From contig OX597822.1 in assembly GCA_951406725.2 (NCBI GenBank), positions 115,816,001 to 115,880,000 of the forward strand: a stretch of 64,000 nucleotides of DNA. The letters are read 5' to 3'. This stretch comes from Octopus vulgaris. Lineage: Eukaryota. Shown here piece after piece: positions 1-11,996 of this stretch; position 1 is the stretch's first letter, and each line of letters starts with the position of its first letter. The position numbers and the translations under genes are program-made. Below the pieces are notes generated by a model that was given only the letters and a program-made list of their open reading frames with translations, was not told the origin of the DNA and ran no database searches.

Positions 1-372
1 AAAAAATGAAATGGTAAAGTGTGAAATTAATAAAGAAAAAAAAACATAGATAATTGAAAAAAAAAACTGATATACACATGGAAATATATGAGAAATGAGA
101 AAAGCAGTAATATTTAATACAGTAAGAGGCTAATTATATAGGAGAGCAATAGGCCTTTCTCAAGTTTTGTTTCAGTTGTGAGGAAAATTTTGCTATTATT
201 GTATTTATTATAGTCATGATCAGACAAGGAAATTTATTGCTGAAGAGAGGCTTGCAACAAAGTACCACTACTTCCTTGATTGCTATATTCTGATAAGGTT
301 TACTGCATACTGTGAGAGCTGATGACTAGTTATTTGACTGTGTACCAGTGTAGTATGTTGTTATTTAGGATT

Positions 373-490
373 TGGCGTTAGGAAGGGCATCAAGCCGTAG
401 AAACACTGCCAAATCAGACGGGTGCAGATCCCGGTCGAACCATCCAACCCATGCTAGCATGGAAAATGGATGTTAAACGATGATGATGAT
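373..490 (+). mobile_element. 3' fragment of an abundant SINE with (GAT)n tail
   Basis: ttggcgttaggaagggcatc...ccaacccatgctagcatggaaaatggatgttaaacgatgatgat; the same sequence recurs at 2836, 31988, 32285 and 63445. Confidence 0.8.
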
Positions 491-802
491 AAAGATTTCA
501 GCAGGTGGTGCCAACAGGCCGTAGCTTTATCATGGAAATATCATAAACTGCCAATTATAAACAAATAACATCAATCTGTAAATCTACCAAATTCATGGCA
601 TTACAAGGATGAAGAAAAAAAAGCAGGCATGCAAAAATGTAAGAAGACAGCATTAATTGCAGAACATTTCAATAGAAAGATCATTTCTGGAAATCTAGTG
701 GAGACTTAATCATAATGAATGAAACGTTACCATTATTCCCAGATTTTTAAGCTACATTAGTTGATTGTTAGTGTGGTTAATAAGAAAATAAAGATTTCTC
801 AC

Positions 803-932
803 TTCGTCGTCCCCGAGATGAGGGAAGTTATCAAGACTCCGACGATGAAGAATGGCTTTGTCTCGTATTATCCGATTTATGGAGCTTATGCTAGGAATAT
901 TCTTTTCTGTGCATACTTGGTCTTCAAGAAGT
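803..932 (-). CDS. Pax-beta: Pax-beta paired domain exon 3 (end of RED): LLEDQVCTEKNIPSISSINRIIRDKAILHRRSLDNFPHLGDDE; gene continues beyond position 1
   Basis: PS.SSINRI.R paired-domain terminus. Acceptor tttctttgcag|A, donor GAA|gtgaga, 130 nt, phase 2 in and phase 0 out. Confidence 0.93.
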
Positions 933-1677
933 CTGCAAAGAAACAAAAGAATGTTTAGAAACAATCTATTCCACAGAGGAAACAAAGATATTTGTAATCT
1001 GGCACAAATGTGCACTAAAATTATGGAACTACATTCCTACCACCACCACCACCACCACCACGAGTAGGAGTAGGAGGAGGGCAAACCACCATCATCACCA
1101 CCACAGTTAATGCTCACAGCATTTGTCTCCTTGTATCGCATCAACCAGACATTCATTCTTGAAACAGTCTTCTTGTCCAGCTGCCATTCCAATTATGCTG
1201 ATGCTGAAAATCCCAATGTCTTTCCAAGTTTACTAATTATTCCAGTAGAAGGCGACCTTGTGGAATAATATCATTTTCACCACTGACTTGTAACTTCCCA
1301 ACACATAGATGAAACAAGATGACCTTAACCATATAGTCCTCAGGCTAGAGGCTTGTCCTTCCACATGAATACATCAAGAGAAATCTGTCATAAACAGGAT
1401 AAAAATCACATTAAAACAGATTCCCAGTTACGTTAAACTGCTACAAAACACTAGCCTCTGCGACAGTTTCAACTTGGATTGCAAGTTAGGTCTCAATTTC
1501 TTGCCACTAAATATATAGATGTTGTTGTTTCTCATGAAGGTCGTTGTGCCAGTAATACACACACACAGTATGTAACACAGATATTCCACTTTATAAACTA
1601 CGTAATATATAAAGCGAAAGTTAAATAGAAAAAAATTGGCTTAGTTCTACTAGGAAAATAATTTTAGGAAATTCCTA

Positions 1678-1681
<4 letters not shown>

Positions 1682-1725
<44 letters not shown>

Positions 1726-2055
1726 TATATATACATACATATATATACAAATATATACACACACACACATATATACACTTATATATACATACATATATAT
1801 ATATACACACACAAATATATACATATACATACATATATATACACACACATATATATATACACATATATACATATATATACACACACACACAAATATATAC
1901 ATATACATACATATATATATACAAATATATACATATACATACATATATATATACAAATATATACATATACATACATATATATATTATATATACACACAAA
2001 TATATACATATACATATATAAATACATATACATACATATATATATATATACATAT

Positions 2056-2086
<31 letters not shown>

Positions 2087-2186
2087 CAAATATACATATA
2101 CCCATATATATATATATACATATACACACATATATATATATATACACATATATAAATATCTATACACACACATATATATATACATA

Positions 2187-2221
<35 letters not shown>

Positions 2222-2226
2222 CACAT
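1682..2226. repeat. Compound (TA)n/(CA)n/(TACA)n microsatellite
   Basis: Directly visible; source of the YI/CV-repeat pseudo-ORFs. Confidence 0.95.
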
Positions 2227-2250
2227 ATCATCATCATTTAACGTCTGTTT

Positions 2251-2835
2251 TTGATTCGACGGTCATTCGGAATGCTCACAGCAGCCATATTCCTGCCACT
2301 CTATGTCACGCTGGTGAGACCCATATTGGAGTATGGGATTCAAGCCTCTTCTCCTTATCTCCTCAAAGACATACAGCACCTCGAAAGAGTCCAGAGGCTG
2401 GCTACCCACATGGTTTATGGTCTCAAAAATTTGTCCTACGAAGAAAGGCTGAGGACGCTCGACCTTTATTCTCTTGAAAAACGCCGCCGCCGTGGTGATC
2501 TCATTCTCGCCCACAACATCATAAGCGGGAAGTGTAACCTCTCGAAAGAGCTGTTCTTCACTCCTGCTCTGGAGCGTCGGCTGCGGGGTCATTCCGAAAA
2601 GCTCTACCTGCGACGATTTCATCTCAATCGAAGGAGAGGAGCTTTCTCCGTCTGGGTTGCGGATCCGTGGAACAAGCTGGTGAAGATGCCGACGACCGCT
2701 TTGTTCAAAGCCTCCTTGGACCTCAAGTGGCCTGAACTCTTTACATGAACACCACCCTGTACTTAACTCCATGTCCCCCTACATGGCCTTGCTATTTGCT
2801 TTTGAGCCAAATTAACTAACTAACTAACTAACTAA
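2251..2835 (+). mobile_element. 5'-truncated CR1-clade LINE (C-terminus of ORF2, 3'UTR and (AACT)n tail) nested in a SINE tail
   Basis: [12 protein letters not shown]...[17 protein letters not shown]...LSYEERL..L.L.SLEKRR.RGDLI is the CR1 post-RT region. Tandem 4-mer tail at 2813-2835. Confidence 0.9.
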
Positions 2836-3190
2836 CGTCCACTTTCCATGCTGGCATGGGTTGGACGGTTTGACTGAGGGCTGGTGAGCCAGAGGCTGCA
2901 CCAGACTCCAATCTGATCTGACAAAGTTTCTACAGCTGGATGCCCTTCCTAACGACAACCACTCCAAGAGTGTAGTGGGTGCTTTTACGTGCCACTGGCA
3001 TGAGGGCCAGTGAGGCGGTGCTGGCAAAGGTGTTTTTACGTGCCACCAGCATGGGAGCCAGTCTGGCAATGCCCATGCTTGAATGTTGCTTTTCATGTGC
3101 CACCAGGACATGTGCCAGTAAGGCGATGTTGGCAACGATCACGCTTGAGTAGTGTTTTTCACATGTCACTGGCATGACTGCCAATCAGGT
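2836..3190 (-). mobile_element. (GAT)n-tail SINE with internal ~50-bp sub-repeats
   Basis: Reverse complement of the 373-490 family; four copies of ttttacgtgccac-like units at 2983-3175. Confidence 0.8.
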
Positions 3191-3241
3191 GGTAAAGTCA
3201 TCGACCACATCAGTGATTTTGATTTGTTTACACTAGCCTCA

Positions 3242-3284
<43 letters not shown>

Positions 3285-5214
3285 AAAACTTGTTTACACT
3301 TTTTCGATATCAGTGACTTTTCGTCACTGGAAAAAGGATATATATTGGCAAAGGGAGGCCTACTTTTCATCAACAACTTGTGATTATCATACGCTAATGA
3401 CAGGTCAATACCCAGAAACTCGAGTCCGTGTGTATCATAGGTTGAAGAAGGGAAGGATGGCTTCCCTTTGCAAATACTGATAGGGCACAGAAAGTGTATC
3501 AAAAGCCAACTTGAGGAGGTGTCCTTCTGGGGCTACAAGCTACAGCAACATCCACCCTTAAGAGCTAGCCACATTTAAGTGGCAAATATACTTCACTATA
3601 TATATATATATATATACAGACATACATACATATATATATATATATATTTTACATACTGAGAGAGAGAGTGAAGAAATGGCAAGAGAAAAGAGACAGGAGA
3701 TAGAGAGAGAGTAATTGAGGTAAGATGCCGATAGAATGTAAGAAAGACAGACAGAAAGAAGAGACATGAGGCATACAGAGAGGAAGTAAGAGAGAGAGAG
3801 AGAGAGACAGAAGGAAGAGACTGATGTGTAAATAGTCATAAATCTATGACGATTATAATAAAAGGCCCTATTCAAATGGTTACAGTTTTCCATTGTGATA
3901 TAACCCTGTCCTATTAAAATAACTCTTATGACAAGACTACAAATTCTTGATACAGAATGAAAACCACAAAAGACAGTAGTAAGACAAAGAGATGCACTGA
4001 ACAATGCAGTGTAAGGACAGCTGCAGGCAGCACCCAACGTTCCAATAACACCAAAGACATAAGATGCCTTTATTACCTTATACAGGTGTTATTTAACTGC
4101 CTTCAATTTTTATTACCTGTTTTCTTTTGGCTGGTACAAGTTAAAACACGTCTATTCAATATCCAAAATTCTAGTTTTAATTTTTCTTTTTAGTTGGCTT
4201 CAACTTTGACTTTTTCTCATTCAATCAATCACTGCCTGTGTCACTATCAATAATAATAATTGCTTCTAATTTAGGCACAAGACTAGTAATTCCATGAGGA
4301 GAGGCTTGGTTGATTACATTGATTTTGGTACAAGTGCTTAGGAAGGAGATCAGTGCTCATGACTGACGAATCAAGGCTTCTACGAGTGGAGGTGGACCAA
4401 GAGGGAGGAAAGTATCCTCAAACCAGAAACCTAACTTATATGCTTACAAGAGAATAGCATGAACTCTAGTAAAGGTACCCAAGAGCTAGATACTGGTGTT
4501 AAACTGAGCAATGGATTAACTCTGTCAAGTAGGCCATAGCAGGGTTTGAACTTGAGACAAAGAATTGGAATACTGCAAAAAATGTTGTCCAAAGCACTAA
4601 CGCTACATACAGCTAATTGATTACCTAAACCTGGAAGAACTGCTTTATTGGCTGATGTAATTGCATAGAGTTTTCTCTTCTAGTTTGTGACTTGTGCTTT
4701 TCTTGGCAAATACAGGATTACAAGACACCATTGTGAAACCACAGACTTTTGACCAGACTACTCAAAGAGATCAACATTGTTGGTAGCGGTATCTCATTTC
4801 CCTTTTCCTTTATCCTCCACTACCTTTCACAACCACGAAAATAATTTTGCGAAAAGAACAAGATTCAATATCTTCTTCCTTCATAAACAATAAAGGTGGA
4901 CCTTGACCCAACAACGATACTACCGATCACTCCCTGTTAGCACACAAACACTGTGTCCCATTTCCAAGAATGGCAACCCGATTATCAACTACTGGTCTTC
5001 TGCCTTCACTTTCAGCTAGAAAGCAGTCATAAACTCTGTGTGTGTGTGCATGCATGAGCATATGTTTGCTTTTGTATGTTATCACCAAACTGATACCATC
5101 TGACAGCAGTTGTAACACTTATGTCCACCATAAACAAAATGTATACCCTGCAGCTCAGCTATTCAACATGTGTAGGTCAGTGGAACAAAGCATGTTTCTT
5201 GAAAAAAAAAAAAG

Positions 5215-5460
5215 ATGAACTGAAGGCAAGGATTATGGCAGCATTCACCAACTTAAACAAGGAAACCGTCCATCAGAGTTGCAGGAAATTTTGAAGTCGT
5301 CTGGAGGCAGTGGTTGAAGCCGAGGGCGACTTTATTGAAGAAATTTACTCTTTAGTATTTCAAGATATTTTTATGTAATTTCGGTAAATATGTCTGTTAA
5401 GATGAGATGTCAGTGTTATTTTGATTTTTGTGTAATTTAGACAATATAGTCACCCTGTAT
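5215..5460 (+). mobile_element. Tc1/mariner-superfamily transposase 3' remnant
   Basis: Translates ELKARIMAAFTNLNKETVHQSCRKF*SRLEAVVEAEGDFIE, a typical transposase C-terminus, and ends in caccctgTA. Confidence 0.7.
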
Positions 5461-5497
<37 letters not shown>

Positions 5498-6384
5498 CCA
5501 TCTATCTATATACATATACTCACACACAATATTATATATATATACACAACTGAGATTTTTCAGCAAATATATATCTGCAGATGTTTTAATCTGTTATCAG
5601 TTATTGTTATTGTTATTTTCTTTATATTTTTTGCAACAGAGATCATTGACAGCCATGAAGGTGGTATATCCTCCAATTCTCATAAATACCAAGAAGAATG
5701 GACAAGAACATTCTGTAAGGGATGTGGACAGCCCAAGAATTATGCAGGGGAATGTGCAGGTACATTATAGGAATATTTGTACATTATAAGTAAACGTATA
5801 CTTTAGGTTAATTTGTACCAATATATGCACGTTACATGACATTTATATATACTTAAGAAAAGGGAACAAGAAAGTCTGGAGGAAATAGGAAATAGCCTGG
5901 ATAAGTAGAAAAGGAAATCTCAGGAATTCAGTGCTGTGTAATCAGTTCAAAGATCTGCGAGGCAAGAGATTCTGTGAGAAAGAGATAGTTAAAGACACAG
6001 GTGTCAGCTGGTGAAGAATTTTGGTAAAAGAGAACAATCTTACGAGTGACACATTCATCTATGGTTGAGAAGAGCTTGGAAAATGCCCTTTCAAAGTTAA
6101 ATGATGAAATATGTAAACGAAGCGTTACTGTTGCCCTCAATAAAGTTTAGGGTAGAAAGGATTAGGTGTAGCCACTAGTGTAGGGCCTGGATGGAATAGA
6201 CATATATGGGTCATGAAAAACAAGACAAATATGTGTGTGTGTACTTTCTACTATAGGTACAAGGCCTGAAATTTGGGGGAGGGGGAGTTGTTTACATCGA
6301 CCCCAAAAGGGGTTGGCCGCGGCAGAATTTTTCTTTTTCTTTTGCCTTTTACTCTTTCGAGGTCAATAAATAAATAATAATAAT

Positions 6385-6600
6385 CCCTTCTACTATAAGC
6401 ACAATGGCTGAAATTTGGGGGAAGGGATTAAATCGATTACATCGACCCCAGTGCATAACTGGTACTTGTTTAATCAACCCTGAAAGGATGAATGGCAAAG
6501 TCAACCTCAGCAGAATTTGAACTCAGAACATAGCGCCAGACAAAATACCGCTAAGCATTTCACCTGGCATGCTAATGATTCTGCCAGCTGGCCACCTTGA
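6385..6600 (-). mobile_element. tRNA-derived SINE with a Nin-like central domain (related copies at ~37310-37545 +, ~51740-51940 -, ~60765-60950 -)
   Basis: cgaccccagt...ctggtactt...accctgaaaggatgaatggcaaagtc core and B-box-like gagttcaaattc; (TAA)n flanks. Confidence 0.7.
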
Positions 6601-6933
6601 TAATAATAATAATAACAATTATAATAATAACAAATGGGTGTAAACTGTAGAAATAGTTAACTTATACTTTGAAGATATAAAAAGCCATCAAGTTCCATTA
6701 GCTAAAATGATTGGAAAGCAGGCGAGAAAAAGGAAAAAGGATAACTATTTGTTGAGATTAAGTGAAAGAAATGCTAGTATCCATGTCAAGAATTCAAGAA
6801 TACTACTTCATATAGAGAGGAAGGGGAGAATCCAAGAGTAGGTTATCAAGACATTGGTCAATTATGTATGCTGTGATTAAAAAAAAAAAGGCATTTATTG
6901 GCTGAAAATAAAATGCAAAGTATTATTAATAAA

Positions 6934-7175
6934 GTACATTATTTACACTGGATGGATATGTGTCCTCATCTTGTTTGTTGTTACCACAATGTTTCGGCTG
7001 ATTTACTCTCCAGCCTTCATCAGGTGTCCTGGGCTCAAAATTCTACCAGGACACCTGATGAAGGCTGGAGAGTAAATCAGCCGAAACATTGTGGTAACAA
7101 CAAACAAGATGAGGACACATATCTGTCCAGTATAAATAATGTACAGAATTCCTCATCTCTAAAATATAGAACAGC
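6934..7175. mobile_element. Palindromic Penelope-like non-autonomous element (inverted pseudo-LTR) with degenerate hammerhead cores
   Basis: 99-bp inverted arms at 6934-7032 and 7046-7144. CTGATGA-a-ggctg..cagcc-GAAAC in each arm. Direct repeat attattaataaag at 6922-6934 and 7176-7188. Confidence 0.75.
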
Positions 7176-7433
7176 ATTATTAATAAAGGTTTAACAATGC
7201 TATAAAAGAACCGAGAATAGTTGTTATTATTGTAAAACAAAATGAAACCTAAATAATGCAATGAGGAACCTCAACTTCAATCGTCAGTCAGAGGAAACGA
7301 GTTGAGTAACATCTGAATGGGTCCTTCAGTCACTGACAGAGCTTCTAAGGGATCACTGAAATATAAGGCATACATGATTTGCCCTCAAATCATACTCTGT
7401 CATCTTAAAAGGAAAGGACACATTGGACAAGTA

Positions 7434-7476
<43 letters not shown>

Positions 7477-7679
7477 ATACACCTGAATATGTGTGTATAT
7501 ATATATACATATATATATAAGTGGGCTAGTCACAACTGGAATGTCTTGAATCAGAGCTGATCTGGAACTAAACAATATCTATGAAAATGGTAGGTCATAA
7601 TTTTACAAGTAGATACCATAGGATTATTAGTACATAGATTAGTTTATACACAGATAATTGAAATCCTTCATTGACTTAC

Positions 7680-7817
7680 TTTTGCCTGATTTCCCAAGCA
7701 AACATCTGAGGGTTTTCATTTTTATATTGTCGCACCTTATTTACTACATCTGGCGTAGTTACCTTTGGCTTACTGCCACCAATTTGTCCAGGATTGATAC
7801 TGCCTGTTTTACGATAC
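7680..7817 (-). CDS. Pax-beta: Pax-beta paired domain exon 2 (linker and RED start): (R)[45 protein letters not shown](K)
   Basis: TGS..PG.IGGSKP and FAWEIR paired-domain motifs. Acceptor cttgtag|G, donor AA|gtaagt, 138 nt, phase 2/2. Confidence 0.95.
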
Positions 7818-9447
7818 CTACAAGAAAGGGAAGCACAAACACAAGTAGTTATTACAACAGTTCAAATAAACATTTGATATTTTTCCTCGAGGGACATTTT
7901 AAAATTGTACTTCAAAGTTCTTTAGCCAAACAACCTGCATCCAAGGTTTCAATGTTTTACTTTTGTACTTATCCATTGAATTTATGCATCTATTCTTTGA
8001 TTTATACTGCTTTAATAGAGTTTATCAACACTGTGTTGTCATATGCTAAATTCACATTTGTTAAGAAACCTAAACTGATCCAATCACCCCATCATGTAAA
8101 CACTCTTTACCACTCTTAGCTTCTCTAATATTTAAATTCTGTCCATCCAGTAACCTTACTTGCTACCAACAATCTGTCACCTGGTTTTTATACCATTACC
8201 TGACTCCTTTGGTACCATTATTAGAGACCATCCTGTTGCATCCAGGTCTCTGGTCTGGGGAGGATTTCCAAACACCCTGAAAACAGTCATGGATGCTGGA
8301 CTTCTGCCTTGGACTAAGCAAGGGTTCCCAACTTGTGATGTCTGTACCCTCTGGGGGTGCAAGATGGCATTTCAGAGGGTGTGTCAAAGAAAACAAAACC
8401 TGTATACGTTACTAAAATCACATTCCAGTATAAGATTATTAATGAACTCTTACAAGTCGCTTTATTCTGTTGAGCGTACCAAGAAGGTTTATTATCCTAT
8501 GTAGATTTCGGTCATAGGGGAGATTGTGACCAAGAACTGTACCCCAATCCATTTGCAATGACATGCATGAATCAGGATTTAGTTCTCTTTTGTCAATCAA
8601 GACAATATCCAAGAATTGCCCGGATTCGGACAGACAGACCTGCAGACTGCAACCATTCAAGAAAGTTCCATCTTTTGATGAAGTCAGGAGTGAGAAGTAA
8701 AAACAAAGAAAATCATTGAATTTTGGGTTCACAATTGTTATTGATTTCACTGTTTTACAGCAACATCATCAAACAAATACACATTCCGCTCTTCTTACAA
8801 ACAAGCCTTACATTCAAAAATCTCATTTGCTACACACCTTGAGAATATCTACCTCCACGAAGCATGTTTGTAAAACAAACGATTACAATTTTTAAAAATG
8901 TACTCTTGAGATTTGGGGGATTCTTTAAGATCTACAGTTATTCAGTCCAGTACAGCTGGTTGACCTCTACTAACATTACATTACATAATTTCAGGCATTT
9001 CAATCTTACTTTCATTTATTCTATCAACTTTACCACTTACACTTTGTCGTCTACATTATGTATTACTCATAAAATCCCTTTTTTTTTTTGACTATCATAT
9101 ACAACACTTCTTCCATGTCCAATTGGGATGACAAGCTCAAATATTCCCATTCTAAAACCTCCAAATACGATATCAAACCTGCTTCATTCATCATCCTTCT
9201 CATTTTTCTCTCTTCATTTGATAACATCAAAATTTTTTAATGAAATTGGAAGCTGGATGGTTAAGTTGTAAAGAATATTTCTCTTAGTCATAAAATTCAA
9301 TGTTATTAGTAATTAGTGTTATATTGTCACATGTGAACATTAGAAAGTGGGGCTTAGCTATAAACTAGTTTAATTATTCATACAAATCTTAAGAATAGAA
9401 GAGTTAATGTGGAATGATTAAAAAAAATTTCTTTCTAAAATTGTTAA

Positions 9448-9667
9448 CCTTTTCGATACCAACCCGGCTGAGACCGGCTCTGACTCTGAGTACAAATGTC
9501 TCATTTTCATAAGTTTTGAATTAGTCTTCCACCAGACCTTAGTCACAGTTTATGTTCCTAACACTAGCTGAATGATAACTAAGTTATTTTACTAAATTCT
9601 TTGTTATATTTAAAATTAATTGAAAGAAACACAGAGCATCTCAAAATGAATAGAGTAACGAAAAGGG
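9448..9667. mobile_element. piggyBac-like MITE
   Basis: TTAA at 9444-9447 and 9668-9671; terminal inverted repeats ccttttcgatac / gtaacgaaaaggg. Confidence 0.75.
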
Positions 9668-11505
9668 TTAAAATAACATTTCACAAAACCGAAAAAAATA
9701 GGAAAACTCCAAGTATACAATAGTAATATACTTCCTAATAATTTGTTTAAAAGTTTATTCCTAATTAGTATCAGGAAAGAGAAAACAATGATATTTCAGC
9801 CCTGAATCTGGATAGTCACATCTGAAATTGGCACTTCAAGAAAATATCTGTATAATGGTTGCAATATGCACAGACTATGTTGAATGCTGTCCAATGGTTG
9901 AACATAAAAACTGGTGTGCTAAAGATGTTTGCTGTTGTAGTATAGTTATGGGACAGATGTAGATTTGTTTTACACTTAAAGACAAACTTGAAACATAAGG
10001 TCTAGTTCTGTCCACTTTCCTCAGAAGATTAAGTTTTTTTATCAAAGCAGAATGGAAGAGTTTAAGAAAGTGGACAACTGATCAAAGAGTCATGAATATA
10101 AGCTATACAACCGCATCAGCCAAATCACAAAAATTGATTTGATTTAGTTTACCCAATATTTTAAACTTGACAACAGGTTCGACCAGCGACCTAATGACTG
10201 ACTGGTTGAAGGGCAAATCACCTACAAAAACAATAGTTTTAAAAAATACAATGCTAACACAGAAAAACTGCATTTTTCAGGCTTGATCACACTGGGCAGC
10301 ATTTTGGGCAGGTGTCTTCTACCATAGCCTAGGAGCAATGAAAGCTCTGTGAATGAAATTCAACAGAGAGAAACTGTGTGGAAGCTTGTTGAAAGGACTG
10401 CTCCTGTTCTAAGAAGATTGATTTAATCATTCACCACCTTCAACACCAACACCTGGCCAGTGGATGGCCTTAACGGAGTCGATTTGGTGCAAGCATTTGG
10501 AACAGGTTTGAGGATAATTCCCCACCCCGCCCCCCAAGACTGATTGGAGGGCTTCACAGCATCAATGACTCTTCAAAGGAGTCACATGTGCTACCTGCTC
10601 TGCTCTGACTAATAATTAAAAACAAATATGTCTCAGACACATTAAAAGATTGTGTCACTAAATGCAGCTGCCTGAAGTTAATAGAAATCAATCATTTAAT
10701 TAACTCCCAAACTTTGACTACGTCATTCCACAGATTATGGTTTGGAACACACTTGCTACATTTTAGAATATGATGCTTTATTTTAGGAATATTTAGTCTA
10801 CTGCTATGCAAATGTGAGTTACATCCGAGTTTAGAGTGAATGTTCTTCGTAAGTCTCCACACCGGTGTAGAGGTTAGCACAGAATAAATAGCAGTGAATG
10901 TTTCCAGACTTTTGCAAAGATAACAGTGCACTGGCAGTGATTTCCTAAATGCATTTTAACAAATACCATAGAATGGGATGGAGTGCTGGGGAAGGATACG
11001 CAATATATGATGGATGGTCTCACTAACAGAGAACAGCTGTGTATACATATGCGTATGTGAAAAGTGTGAAAGTGCGTGTATGTGCACACATACACACACA
11101 CACACACACACACTGAACAGGTTGTCATAGTCTGAGTCAGCTCTTATTTGAAGTTACTACCATCTACCATCATGAAGTTACTACCTAATGAATCAAGGGA
11201 CCCCATTTTGCTTGTAAATTCTATTTGGGCATGGTTTTAAGGCTGCAAATCCTTCCAAACTCTAACCACTGCCTCGGCCCAACATACAACCACATATTAC
11301 ATGGTGTGTGTGTGTGTGTCCACCCACCAAGTCAACTAATTCCTCAGAGCTCTGCCAGTTTGATGCTTCACTTCCAACTCAATAGAAATAGATAGGCAGG
11401 TGGCCCTAACTACTCTTTTAGGCTTGTCCCTTCACATCCCACACACAATTAAACTTAATGTCCCAAGTCCATCATATGATTTCCTCACAGCTGGAGCATC
11501 TCATA

Positions 11506-11596
<91 letters not shown>

Positions 11597-11689
11597 GTCA
11601 ACATGGTGGTGGTTGTCAACTCCTTATGCAGAGTTTGACCAATTCCTGTACCTACACCTTAGATCCATCATGGCATCTGATAAGGCTTT

Positions 11690-11960
11690 TTAAACCAGAC
11701 AATGTTCTGAAAAGACACCCAAATAGATTGCATATCCAATTTGGACCACCAAGAGCTGCAGGTAAGTTCTGGTCTTCGGGGACCTTAAAATGTCTTTTGA
11801 GGCCTCCGTTAGATTTGCAAACCTTCTCTGGCATACATTGCATTGAAAAGTGTGCACAGACATATAAGCAGAATAGTTGGTGGTGGTTCGTTTTCCATGG
11901 GTTCGCAAATGAGATTTGAGCCCAGCAAAAGAAAGGCATGGTCTGTTGCAAACTGTGCAT

Positions 11961-11962
<2 letters not shown>
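11690..11962 (-). mobile_element. LINE (RTE-like) 3' remnant encoding degenerate C2H2 zinc fingers
   Basis: CTVCNRPCLSFAGLKSHLRTHG and C..CQRRF...H-like segments with frameshifts; no splice context. Confidence 0.5.

Positions 11963-11996
<34 letters not shown>

Noticed and set aside
1664-2224. Long Y/I/C/V/H/T-rich ORFs here and at 31.1-31.5, 32.7-33.4, 34.0-34.4 and 48.9-49.4 kb
   Set aside because: Translations of dinucleotide microsatellites.
7658-8119. 153-aa plus-strand ORF
   Set aside because: Antisense shadow of paired-box exon 2; no recognisable motifs.
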